Position numbers and translations under genes: made by a program. A DNA stretch of 64,000 nucleotides, from assembly GCA_038255505.1 (NCBI GenBank), contig JBBSLF010000001.1:2549-66548 (forward strand), written 5' to 3'. Of this stretch, positions 9,974-18,957 are shown one piece after another. The notes under the pieces were generated by a model. That model was not told the origin of the DNA, did not search any database, and saw only the letters and a program-made list of their open reading frames with translations. The stretch is from Candidatus Limnocylindria bacterium. GTDB taxonomy: Bacteria > Chloroflexota > Limnocylindria > QHBO01. Positions within the stretch are counted from its first letter, which is position 1, and every line of letters begins with the position of its first letter.

Positions 9974-11189
9974 AGCCGCCACGGCCGAGCGTGACAGCCG
10001 GCTGGGGTCCACCCTGCGCGGTATTCTCCTGCCATTCCTTGCGCTGCTCGCCGCGTTCGCGGTCGGCGCGATCATCATCGTGGTCACCGACTTCGAGCTG
10101 CTCGGCCTCTGGGCCTCGGACCCGATCGCGGCGCTCGGTGCCTCATGGTCGTCGGTCGCCGCCACGTACGGCGCCCTGCTGGGCGGATCGATCGGCGATC
10201 CCAGCCAGCTCATCGGCGCCCTCCTTGCGCTCGATTGGGCTGGCGTGCGGCAGGCCTTCAATCCCCTGTCGGAGACGATCGTCTCGGCGACGCCGCTGAT
10301 CTTCACCGGGCTGTCGGTGGCGCTCGCGTTCCGCGTTGGCCTATTCAACATCGGCGCCGAGGGACAGCTGTATCTCGGTGCGCTGTTCGCCGTGATCGCC
10401 GGATTCAGCTTCGCGGGGCTTCCCTGGTTCATCCACGTGCCGATCGCCGTGGCCGCCGGCTTCCTTGGCGGCGCGCTGTGGGGCCTCATTCCCGGGTTCC
10501 TCAAGGCCCGGACCGGTGCCCACGAGGTCATCGTCACGATCATGCTGAATTTCGTGGCGTACAACCTCATCAACTGGGCGCTCAAGACGGAGCTCGTCCA
10601 GCGCGAGGGACGCCCCGACCCGATCTCGAAGATCGTCCAGCCGAGCGCGGTGATCCCGGCCCTCATCGAGGGCCTACGCGCAAACTGGGGCATCGTCATC
10701 GCTCTGCTGGCGGCCGTCGCCGTGTGGTGGCTGCTGTTCCGCTCGACGAAGGGCTTCGAGTTCCGGGCCGTCGGCTTGAATCCGCGCGCCGCGCGCTACG
10801 CCGGGATGAGCATCGCGTGGTCGACCGTGCTCTCCATGGTGATCGCGGGAGGGCTCGCCGGACTGGCGGGCGCCGTGGTCATCCTCGGAGGCTCGGGCAC
10901 GCTGTCTCCCGGATTCTCACCCGGCTACGGCTTCGACGGCATCGTCGTCGCCCTCGTCGGCGCGACGCGTCCGCTGGGCGTGGTCGCGGCCGCGTTCCTG
11001 TTCGGAGCGCTCCGTGCCGGCGCCACGCCGATGCAGGCAGCGACAGGAACCCCGCTCGACCTCGTCGTGGTCATCCAGGCGTTGGTCATCATGTTCATCG
11101 CCGCGCCGGCCCTCGTGCGCGCGATCTTCCGCATTCAGGCCGAGCGGCGCACGGGCACCGACGTCTTCGCCAAAGGGTGGGGCTCGTGA
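9960..11189 (+). CDS. ABC transporter permease, first of two (BMP-type system)
   Basis: ATG at 9960 overlapping the ATPase stop. Polytopic TM protein. Start uncertain by a few codons. Confidence 0.75.
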   Translation: MLVAEAATAERDSRLGSTLRGILLPFLALLAAFAVGAIIIVVTDFELLGLWASDPIAALGASWSSVAATYGALLGGSIGDPSQLIGALLALDWAGVRQAFNPLSETIVSATPLIFTGLSVALAFRVGLFNIGAEGQLYLGALFAVIAGFSFAGLPWFIHVPIAVAAGFLGGALWGLIPGFLKARTGAHEVIVTIMLNFVAYNLINWALKTELVQREGRPDPISKIVQPSAVIPALIEGLRANWGIVIALLAAVAVWWLLFRSTKGFEFRAVGLNPRAARYAGMSIAWSTVLSMVIAGGLAGLAGAVVILGGSGTLSPGFSPGYGFDGIVVALVGATRPLGVVAAAFLFGALRAGATPMQAATGTPLDLVVVIQALVIMFIAAPALVRAIFRIQAERRTGTDVFAKGWGS

Positions 11190-12463
11190 CGGCCGTGACG
11201 GCCCCGGTCAGCCTCACGCGCGGGGAGCGGCGGCTGCAGACACGCCAGCGGGTGCTCGGCGTCATCTATCTCGTCCTCGCGGCCGTCATGGTCGTCGGAT
11301 TCGGCGTGAGCGTAGCCGGAAATGTCGAATCGAGCTTCGGGCTCACGTCTCCGACGGCCCCGATCGCCGTTCCGAATCTCGTCCTCCCATCGGCAGCGAC
11401 CGTCTACCTCCTCGCCGGGGTGGTGGCCTTCGCCGGGGCCGTGCAGCTGACCCGCGGATTCGGCGCTCGCATGGCAGCGGTCATGGGGGTCGTCGCCTTT
11501 GCCTTCGTGTTCGCGTTCCTCACGTGGGTCGCCGCGGGCCAGTCGATGAACCTCACGGGCCTGCTGGAGACCACCGTCCAGCGGTCAGTGCCGATCGCCT
11601 TCGGCGCGCTGTCCGGCGTGCTCTGCGAGCGCGCCGGCGTGGTGAACATCGCGATCGAGGGCATGCTCCTCTCGGGCGCGTTCGTCTCGGCAGTCGTGAC
11701 CTCGGCGTTCGACAACCCGTGGCTCGGAATGTTCTCGGCGATCGTCGTCGGCGGCCTGCTCGCCGCCCTCCTCGCCGTGCTGGCCATCCGCTACCGCGTC
11801 GACCAGATCATCGCCGGGTTCTTCATCAACATTCTCGTGACCGGGCTCACGGCATTCCTCTCGGTGCGGCTGCTCCAACCGTTCCAGGACGAGCTGAACA
11901 CGCCCGAGCGACTCGGACCGATCGCCATCCCGTTCCTCTCGGACATTCCGATCCTCGGGCCGATCCTGTTCAACCACAACATCTTCGTCTACCTGCTGTT
12001 CGGGCTGATCGTGGTCATTCACTTTGGCCTGTTCTACACGCGGTGGGGCCTGCGCGTCCGAGCCGTCGGCGAGCACCCGAAGGCGGCCGACACCGCCGGC
12101 GTCAACGTGTACTGGGTCCGCTACAGCAACGTGATCCTGGGCGGCATGGTCGCAGGCCTCGGCGGCGCCTTCTTCACCATCGGCTCGACCGGCGGATTCG
12201 AGCGCGAGATGACGGCCGGGCGCGGCTACATCGGCCTGGCGGCGATGATCTTCGGCGGCTGGAATCCGATCGGTGGCTTCCTCGCCGCGCTCGTGTTCGG
12301 GTTCGCCGATGCCATCCAGTCGCGCCTCTCGATCCTCAGCATCGCCATCCCTTCCGAGTTCCTGCTCATGGTCCCGTACGTCGTGACGATCATCGTCGTC
12401 GCCGGGCTGGTCGGGCGCGCTCGCGCACCAGCCGCCGACGGCAAGCCATACGTCAAGGAGTGA
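11186..12463 (+). CDS. ABC transporter permease, second of two
   Basis: GTG at 11186 overlapping the upstream stop (GTGA). Real gene lies within the 10145 frame. Polytopic TM protein. Confidence 0.75.
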   Translation: MTAVTAPVSLTRGERRLQTRQRVLGVIYLVLAAVMVVGFGVSVAGNVESSFGLTSPTAPIAVPNLVLPSAATVYLLAGVVAFAGAVQLTRGFGARMAAVMGVVAFAFVFAFLTWVAAGQSMNLTGLLETTVQRSVPIAFGALSGVLCERAGVVNIAIEGMLLSGAFVSAVVTSAFDNPWLGMFSAIVVGGLLAALLAVLAIRYRVDQIIAGFFINILVTGLTAFLSVRLLQPFQDELNTPERLGPIAIPFLSDIPILGPILFNHNIFVYLLFGLIVVIHFGLFYTRWGLRVRAVGEHPKAADTAGVNVYWVRYSNVILGGMVAGLGGAFFTIGSTGGFEREMTAGRGYIGLAAMIFGGWNPIGGFLAALVFGFADAIQSRLSILSIAIPSEFLLMVPYVVTIIVVAGLVGRARAPAADGKPYVKE

Positions 12464-13401
12464 TGCCGGACCGGCGACGGGTGGTCCTCGACTGCGATCC
12501 GGGCCACGACGACGCAATGGCGATCCTGCTCGCCGCCGCATCCCCCGCTCTTGAGCTCCAGGCCATCACCACGGTCGCGGGCAACCAGACGCTCGACAAG
12601 GTCACGCTCAACGCCCGGCGCGTGTGCAGCGTGGCGCGGATCGACTCCGTGCCGATCGCCGCCGGCTGCGACAGGCCGCTGCGGCGCGATCGGATCGTCG
12701 CCGGCGAGATCCACGGCGAATCGGGCCTAGACGGGGTCGACTGGGACGCACCCACGGTGTCGCTCGACCAACGGCACGCCGTGGACCTCCTCGTCGAGCT
12801 CGCCATGCGCCACGAGGCTCGGCCGCTCACCATCGTCGCGGTCGGACCGCTGACCAACGTCGCCACGGCGCTCCAACGGGAACCGCACATCGCCAGGCGA
12901 ATCGACCGGATCTCGATCATGGGGGGCGCCATCGGCCTGGGGAATTGGACGCCGTCGGCAGAGTTCAACTTCTATGCGGATCCCGAGGCTGCCGAGGTGG
13001 TCTTCGCGTCCGGCGTGCCGATCACGCTCGTGCCGCTCGAGGTCACCCACCAGGCGCTCGCGACCGAACCGATCCTGGCCCGCATTGCCACCCTCGATAG
13101 CGCCGTGGCACGCATGAGCGACGCGCTGCTGCGCTACTTCAGTGAGACCTACGAGCGAGTCTTCGGCTTCAGCGCTCCCGCCGTCCACGACCCGTGCGCC
13201 GTCGCTGCCATCATCGATCCGACCATCTTCGACGCTCGGCCGATGAACGTTGCGATCGACGTCGCCTCGGAACTCAGCCTCGGACGAACCGTGTGCGACG
13301 TGTATGGCACCACCGGGCGTGCGCCGAATGCCGACGTCGGCACCGGGCTCCAGGTCGACCAATTCTGGGATCTGATGCTGGAGGCGCTGGCGACGTACTA
13401 G
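12463..13401 (+). CDS. Nucleoside hydrolase (inosine-uridine preferring type)
   Basis: ATG overlapping the permease stop (TGATG). N-terminal DCDPGHDDAMAI aspartate cluster typical of IUNH. Confidence 0.8.
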   Translation: MPDRRRVVLDCDPGHDDAMAILLAAASPALELQAITTVAGNQTLDKVTLNARRVCSVARIDSVPIAAGCDRPLRRDRIVAGEIHGESGLDGVDWDAPTVSLDQRHAVDLLVELAMRHEARPLTIVAVGPLTNVATALQREPHIARRIDRISIMGGAIGLGNWTPSAEFNFYADPEAAEVVFASGVPITLVPLEVTHQALATEPILARIATLDSAVARMSDALLRYFSETYERVFGFSAPAVHDPCAVAAIIDPTIFDARPMNVAIDVASELSLGRTVCDVYGTTGRAPNADVGTGLQVDQFWDLMLEALATY

Positions 13402-14144
13402 GTCCGCATGGCCTCACTGCTCGCGTGCGGATGCGCCGCCGGGGGCTCGCGAAGCAGACTCACTGATAGCCCGGCGGCGGCCATGTCGCGCACGACCGAG
13501 ACGTGGTCGTAGTCGACCGACCGAAACCCGACGGCAATGTCCGGCTCACCGATGTACACGACGGCATAGCGTGCTCGCGCATCGCCATCGGTCCCGCATC
13601 CGACGGAGCCGCAGGCCACGAAGTGGGACGGACCGACGACGCGGTGGAAGGCTTCATGGGTGTGACCGAAACAGAACAGGTCATCGGCCTCATCGCTGGC
13701 GATGCGTGCCAGGACACGCGAAGGCCGCGATGCCCACAGGTACTCGTTCTCCCGCAACGGGGACCCGTGGAACAGGTTCACGGATCGACCGCCCAGGTTC
13801 ACGCGCAGCGATCTCGGCAGCTGGCGCAGCCAGGCTCGGTTCTCATCGGTCATGATCTCTGCTGTCCAGCGCATGGATGCGTTGCCCTCGGCCTCGGCCT
13901 CGGCCGTGGACCAGGCGGCGCCGGTCTGCTCGCGATCCATTCCGACCGCTTCGTCCCAATTGCCCTGCACGCACGGGATCTCCAGGCGGCGCAGCTCGTC
14001 GACGACCTCGTTGGGATGGGGTCCGCGACCGACCACGTCGCCCACGCAGTACAGCGCATCGGCACCGATGCTCGTCACGTCCTCGATCACCGCTCGCAGC
14101 GCGGGCAGGTTGGCGTGGATGTCCCCCATCACGGCGATTCTCAT
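13398..14144 (-). CDS. Metallophosphoesterase (calcineurin-like, YfcE/ApaH-like)
   Basis: GDIHAN, GDVVGRGP, GNWDE, GHTH motifs. ATG at 14142-14144. Confidence 0.7.
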   Translation of the reverse strand: MRIAVMGDIHANLPALRAVIEDVTSIGADALYCVGDVVGRGPHPNEVVDELRRLEIPCVQGNWDEAVGMDREQTGAAWSTAEAEAEGNASMRWTAEIMTDENRAWLRQLPRSLRVNLGGRSVNLFHGSPLRENEYLWASRPSRVLARIASDEADDLFCFGHTHEAFHRVVGPSHFVACGSVGCGTDGDARARYAVVYIGEPDIAVGFRSVDYDHVSVVRDMAAAGLSVSLLREPPAAHPHASSEAMRT

Positions 14145-14470
14145 ACGCAGGATTCTGCCGATGCGACGGCGTCGCGGCAATGCCCCAGCGAGGGGCTATC
14201 GTGGGGGACTTCCGTATGCCTCACTTGGGCGTGAACAACTCCGCGTCGTCAGATTCGTCTCACGCAACCCTTAGGCGAGCGCCTGAAGGCGTTCAACCGC
14301 CCGATAACCCCTGATATGAGCGTGAGAACACCACCCGTTGCGCCGCTTCCGCTGCCTTATGTGCACTGGATGATCGAATGATGTTTCGTCGGGGCTCGGG
14401 GCGCGATCATCGAGGTCGCCGGGCAATCATAAGACGAACGAACGAACCGATGCGACTCGGGCGGAGACGG

Positions 14471-15559
14471 TCAGGCGGCGCCGGACCCCACCATAGCTGG
14501 AGCAGCCAGCACGCTCACCTTGCCGGCCACCGTTCGCGCGACCTCGCGCAGCGCCATGGCGGCCGCTGAATCTTCGCCACCGGGATACTGGGCCGATGTG
14601 ATCGGCACGCCCGCGTCACCGCCGGCCCGCACGGCGGGCTCCAGCGGGATGCGGCCGAGGACCTCGAGCTCCAATTCGCGGGCGATCTTCTCGCCGCCGC
14701 CGGAGCCGAAGATGTCGTGCTCCTCGCGGCAGTTGGGGCATATGAAGCCACTCATGTTCTCGATCACGCCCAGGGTGCGAACGTTGACCTTGTTGAACAT
14801 GCCGACCGCCTTGCGCGCGTCGAGCAGGCTGACCTCCTGCGGCGTGGTGACGATGACCGCCCCCGTCAGCGGAATGAGCTGGGAGAGCGAGAGTGCGGCG
14901 TCGCCGGTCCCCGGCGGCAGATCGATGACGAGATAGTCGAGCTCGCCCCATTCGACGTCGCGCAGGAACTGGGCGATGGCGCTGTGGATGAGCGGGCCGC
15001 GCCAGATGACGGGCGCATCGGCCTGGAGGAAGTACTGAATGCTCATCATCTGCACCCCGTGGGCGGTGACCGGGTTGGGCTTGCCGCCGGTGCCGGTGAC
15101 GTGGGCGCCCTGGGTGCCCATCATGATCGGCACGTTGGGGCCAGTGATATCGGCATCGAGCAGGCCAACCTTGGCCCCGTCGCGCGCCAGGCTGACGGCG
15201 AGGTTCACCGCCACCGTCGACTTGCCGACGCCGCCCTTGCCGGATGCCACCGCGATCGTGTTGCGCACGCCCGGAATGAGGTCAGCCGCCGGACCGCCGA
15301 AACTGCGCTTCACATTGCTGGCCCAGTCGACGCGCACGACGCTCGCGCCCAGCGGCGACAGCGCGGCGACAATGTCGCTCTCGATGGTCGCCTTGAGCGG
15401 GCAGGCCGGCGTGGTGAGCTCGACGGTCAGATCGATCACGCTCCCGTCGATGGTGACGTTCTTCACCATCCCGAGCGAGACGAGGTCGCGCCCGATCTCG
15501 GGATCGTTGACGGTGCCCAGGGCGGCAAGGATGTTGTCGTTCGTGAGCTGGTCGGACAT
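14471..15559 (-). CDS. apbC: Mrp/NBP35-family Fe-S cluster carrier ATPase
   Basis: N-terminal MIP18 (DUF59)-like segment, deviant Walker A GKGGVGKST, CxxC (CPNC). ATG at 15557-15559. Confidence 0.85.
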   Translation of the reverse strand: MSDQLTNDNILAALGTVNDPEIGRDLVSLGMVKNVTIDGSVIDLTVELTTPACPLKATIESDIVAALSPLGASVVRVDWASNVKRSFGGPAADLIPGVRNTIAVASGKGGVGKSTVAVNLAVSLARDGAKVGLLDADITGPNVPIMMGTQGAHVTGTGGKPNPVTAHGVQMMSIQYFLQADAPVIWRGPLIHSAIAQFLRDVEWGELDYLVIDLPPGTGDAALSLSQLIPLTGAVIVTTPQEVSLLDARKAVGMFNKVNVRTLGVIENMSGFICPNCREEHDIFGSGGGEKIARELELEVLGRIPLEPAVRAGGDAGVPITSAQYPGGEDSAAAMALREVARTVAGKVSVLAAPAMVGSGAA

Positions 15560-15687
15560 GGGCAGGCTCGGGTGCTCCTTGATTTTTCGGGACCGATGCG
15601 GCCCGATGAGCGTAGCAGAGCCGGCGCTCGCCTTCACACGACGCCCCTGTCACGCCTCGTCCCCTTCGTGCGGACGGAACTTCTGTC

Positions 15688-15832
15688 ATATGGCACCACG
15701 AGTGCCATTATCCGACTTCCACCGCCTTCCCCCGGCTCGTCCCTCAACGATCTGAGCGTGAGGCACCCCCATTTGTCGAGCGCGTTCCCGCCAATCGGCC
15801 TATTCATTTGGCTAACGGCACCACAGGTGCCA
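15688..15832. promoter_or_regulatory. Two related imperfect palindromes (ATATGGCACCACGAGTGCCATTAT at 15688-15711 and CGGCACCACAGGTGCCAT at 15815-15832), 130-270 bp upstream of apbC. Candidate operator pair.
   Basis: Read directly from a 510-bp non-coding region. Shared core GGCACCAC-N2-GTGCCAT. Confidence 0.35.
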
Positions 15833-16069
15833 TACGACGAAACCCAGCCACTCAGGGGATACGATGCGGCAGTGCCGCCGACATTCATCGCAATCAGGGC
15901 GCCGCAAGCGCCAATGAGGCGCGATACCCGCACTCTACGACCACGTGGCGAGCCTGAGGTCCGCCGCGGGGCACAGCTCAGGCGTCACAGGAAGCGGTAC
16001 AACACGAGGATCGCGCCCGAGATCGGCTTCGGGCGCATTGACCTGGATGTATCGAGACGCACCCCCAGG

Positions 16070-16924
16070 TCAGGTCAGGCCGTCGAACAGAGATGACTCG
16101 CCGTCTACCGCAGCCGGAAGCGCCGAAGCAGCCAGCCGATAATGCTCGGTCGCCAGGAATTGATCGCGCGCCTCGGCGCCCCAGTCGTCGAAAGGTCCGG
16201 CCGAGCCGGTCTGCGAGACATGGCGCGAGATGGCCGCCAGCTTGAGCTGGGCGAGTTCACCGAGCTCGATCGAGACCGTGGGCTCCGCGGACGATGAGTG
16301 AACATCAATTGTCCGCTCACCGATCGCTGCCTGCACGGAGGTCTCGGGCACCACGAGGTGGTAGAGCTTGGCGGCGCGCCAGGCAACCTGGTCCTCCTCA
16401 AGATCGTCCTCGTAGGCCAGCGGCTCGGCAGCCTTCGCGTACGCGACCGACACCGCCCGCGACAGGACGCGGTGATCGCTATCGCCGGTGGCGCCGTCCG
16501 GTCCGAACGAGAGGATCACCTCTGGCCGATGCATCCGGATCGGCTCAACGATGCGGCCGACCAGCTGATCGAAGTCCACCGTATCAAGGTCGCCCTCGCT
16601 GTAGTCAAGCATGCGAACAACCCGGACGCCGAGGATCGAGACCGAGCGACGCAGCTCGTCCTCACGGACGGTGTCGTTGTTGCGCCAATTGATCGCGGCG
16701 GTCTTGACGTCACGGTTCTTGCCGCCCGGGAGCGGCGAGGCCACGGTCAGCCGGGCGTCGAACCAACCCCGGGTGACGCACACGACCACGACATACGCAC
16801 CGGTGGCCGCTGCAGTGGCGATCGCGCCGCCGAACCCGAACGCCTCGTCCCCGGGGTGCGCGACCACGACCATCAGGCTGCGCGCGGGGGCGCGTTCTCG
16901 GACCGGCCGCCAGATCGATGACAC
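16070..16924 (-). CDS. PIG-L/LmbE-family N-acetylglucosaminyl deacetylase
   Basis: VVVAHPGDEAFGFGG (AHPDDE-type motif). Possibly starts at the internal Met at 16873. Confidence 0.7.
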   Translation of the reverse strand: MSSIWRPVRERAPARSLMVVVAHPGDEAFGFGGAIATAAATGAYVVVVCVTRGWFDARLTVASPLPGGKNRDVKTAAINWRNNDTVREDELRRSVSILGVRVVRMLDYSEGDLDTVDFDQLVGRIVEPIRMHRPEVILSFGPDGATGDSDHRVLSRAVSVAYAKAAEPLAYEDDLEEDQVAWRAAKLYHLVVPETSVQAAIGERTIDVHSSSAEPTVSIELGELAQLKLAAISRHVSQTGSAGPFDDWGAEARDQFLATEHYRLAASALPAAVDGESSLFDGLT

Positions 16925-16942
16925 GGCCGCGAGTATACGGTC

Positions 16943-17992
16943 CTAGGACGCCACCTCGACGGGGATTGCCGCGTGCCTGACCGAGCCCGGCGGCATCGGC
17001 GCCCGATTGAGAAAGGTCGCCTGCTCACCGATCGCGATCGCGCGCTCCACCTCGTCCAGATCAAGCACGTCATTGCGCATCAGGAGCAACAGCTCGTTGC
17101 GCAGGTACGAGCGAAGCATCTCGGGTCCGTCAGTACTGACGGTGAAGCGCACGCCATGATCAATGAAGGTGCGGACGACGCGTCGCACGTCGTCAATGCC
17201 TGCCAGGACGCCGGTGTTCAGGTTCGAGCTGGGGCAAACCTCGAGGACCGTGCCACGCTCACGCAGCATGTCAAGCACACGTGGGTCCTCGGCGCTGCGC
17301 ACGCCATGGCCGATGCGGTCCGGGTCGAGCGCCTCGAGTGCTTCGCGCACCTCCCCGGCGCCGCCGGTCTCGCCGGCGTGCACGGTCAGCCCCAGCCCGG
17401 CGCGGCGGCTCTCGGCGTAGATCTCGGCGTAGTCCGCGAAGCGAAAGCCCTCGACCACGGGACCGGCGATGTCGATCCCGACCACGCCTCGGCTCCGCCA
17501 CGCGACCGCCTTGGCCGCGATGATCTCGTTGAGCTCGCGGCTGAAGCCGCGGTCGAGGCACAGGATCAATCCCGCCTGCACCTGCGGGTATTCGAGAACC
17601 GCCCTATCCATGCCGCGGACGGCCGCGGCGATGATGTGGTCAAGATCCTGTTCGCCGCCGCGGTTCCGCTTCATCGGGTTGAAGCGCAGCTCGAGGCCGG
17701 TCACATTGTTCTTGCGGTAGGCGCCGCCGATGACCTCGTAGACACTGCGCTCGACGGCGATCGGGCTCGACTGAATCAGCTCCGTCCAGTGAAACAGCTC
17801 GAGGTAGGCCGCGAAGCTGCGGCGCCGACGGCCCACGGTGATGAGGTCCCGGAAGGCCCAGTAGTCCTTGGTCGGCAGACGGATGCCCTGCGCGTGCGCG
17901 ATGCCCCACATGATCGCGGGCGTGACGGCGGCTCCCAGGTGAACGTGGAGCTCGGTCAGGGGAATGCGCAGATCAAGGCGCTGTCGCGACAT
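16943..17992 (-). CDS. Adenosine/adenine deaminase-family metallohydrolase (second paralog)
   Basis: ELHVHLGAA, TVHAGETGG and STDGPEM motifs. ATG at 17990-17992. Confidence 0.8.
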   Translation of the reverse strand: MSRQRLDLRIPLTELHVHLGAAVTPAIMWGIAHAQGIRLPTKDYWAFRDLITVGRRRRSFAAYLELFHWTELIQSSPIAVERSVYEVIGGAYRKNNVTGLELRFNPMKRNRGGEQDLDHIIAAAVRGMDRAVLEYPQVQAGLILCLDRGFSRELNEIIAAKAVAWRSRGVVGIDIAGPVVEGFRFADYAEIYAESRRAGLGLTVHAGETGGAGEVREALEALDPDRIGHGVRSAEDPRVLDMLRERGTVLEVCPSSNLNTGVLAGIDDVRRVVRTFIDHGVRFTVSTDGPEMLRSYLRNELLLLMRNDVLDLDEVERAIAIGEQATFLNRAPMPPGSVRHAAIPVEVAS

Positions 17993-18077
17993 CGGCCTCC
18001 GACGGCTGCGGTGGGGGTTGAAGCCGAGTGTAACGCACCGCCGCGGCACCTCGAGCCGGTGCTAGAATCGGCGCGCC

Positions 18078-18458
18078 ATGGAGCTTCTTCGCGATCTCGG
18101 CGACTTCATCACCACCGGCTGGGGAGATCGGCTTGGTATTGGATTCCCGCTGCTGGCCACCGGACTGGTGGGGCTGTACCTGCTGTGGCTCGTTGTCGGC
18201 TACCTGCGCGTCAGCCAGGTCGGCATTGCGGAGCGCCGCTCCGGGGCAGAGGCGGTGCCGCTCCTGCGCTCAGCCGATGGCGAGCCATCGGCGCGCGGTG
18301 TTCCGTACTGCGCCTTCGACGGCATCCAATACCCCGCCGGCGCCCGGTTCTGCACGAGTTGCGAGCGCGACCTCACCCTGGACTGCGTGAACTGCAAGAC
18401 AACGCTCGCAGCCGGCGAGGCCGCGTGCTTCCGCTGCGGAACCCCGACCGGCGCCTGA
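18078..18458 (+). CDS. Hypothetical small membrane protein with C-terminal double zinc ribbon
   Basis: One TM segment (LLATGLVGLYLLWLVVGYL). CxxC-spacer-CxxC pattern YCAFDG...CTSCERDLTLDCVNCKT...CFRC. Confidence 0.45.
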   Translation: MELLRDLGDFITTGWGDRLGIGFPLLATGLVGLYLLWLVVGYLRVSQVGIAERRSGAEAVPLLRSADGEPSARGVPYCAFDGIQYPAGARFCTSCERDLTLDCVNCKTTLAAGEAACFRCGTPTGA

Positions 18459-18475
18459 CCTGGGCCGCCGCGCCG

Positions 18476-18886
18476 ATGCAGACGCGCGAGATCCTCATCG
18501 ACAGTGGAGTCCACCCGGGTCTGGTTGACCTGACCGACGCCTGTCGCGACTTTCTCTCCGAATCCAATGCGGACCATGGCCTGCTCGTGGTGTTCGTGCC
18601 GCATGCCACCGCCGGGATCGTGGTCGTCGAGCTCGGAGCGGGATCTGACGACGACCTCCTCGATGCGCTCGATCAGCTCCTGCCGCGAGATGACCGATGG
18701 CGCCATCGGCACGGCAGTCCCGGCCACGGAGCGGATCACGTGCTGCCACTCCTCGCCTCGCCGTCGATGACGGTGCCGGTGATCGACGGGGACATGGCGC
18801 TCGGCACGTGGCAGTCAATCGCATTGCTTGACCCGAACCGAGATAACCCGCGCCGCACGGTCAGGCTCTCATTCCTTCCCGGCTGA
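18476..18886 (+). CDS. YjbQ/UPF0047-family protein (secondary thiamine-phosphate synthase-like)
   Basis: LVVFVPHATAGIVVVE...GTWQSIALLD conserved YjbQ core. ATG at 18476. The upstream part of the 637-aa ORF is antisense to the deaminase. Confidence 0.65.
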   Translation: MQTREILIDSGVHPGLVDLTDACRDFLSESNADHGLLVVFVPHATAGIVVVELGAGSDDDLLDALDQLLPRDDRWRHRHGSPGHGADHVLPLLASPSMTVPVIDGDMALGTWQSIALLDPNRDNPRRTVRLSFLPG

Positions 18887-18957
18887 ACGGTCCGGTACCG
18901 TCCCCACGCCCGCCACGCCGCGCAGCCGGCCTTCACAGGCTGGAGTCTGGGCCACCG

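Noticed and set aside
7268-10699. 1143-aa ORF on the minus strand
   Set aside because: It is antisense to the BMP binding protein, ATPase and permease genes, which have clear motifs. Its translation is Arg/Gly/Asp/Pro-rich low-complexity sequence with no motifs. This is a typical high-GC antisense artefact.
11014-13401. 795-aa plus-strand ORF
   Set aside because: It is a read-through frame. Only the last 312 aa (nucleoside hydrolase, from 12463) are real. The upstream part overlaps the true permease frame (10145 frame) and is Arg/Pro-rich.
15688-15711. Possible sigma-54 promoter (TGGCAC-N5-...)
   Set aside because: The downstream element is GTGCC, not TTGC. The site is a palindrome, so it is better interpreted as an operator than as a -24/-12 promoter.
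15634-15933. 99-aa minus-strand ORF in the apbC upstream region
   Set aside because: There is no RBS or motif. The region is better explained as a regulatory or sRNA-bearing intergenic region.
16973-18886. 637-aa plus-strand ORF
   Set aside because: Only the C-terminal 136 aa (YjbQ-like, ATG at 18476) are credible. The N-terminal part is antisense to the deaminase paralog and spans the separately predicted zinc-ribbon gene region in another frame.
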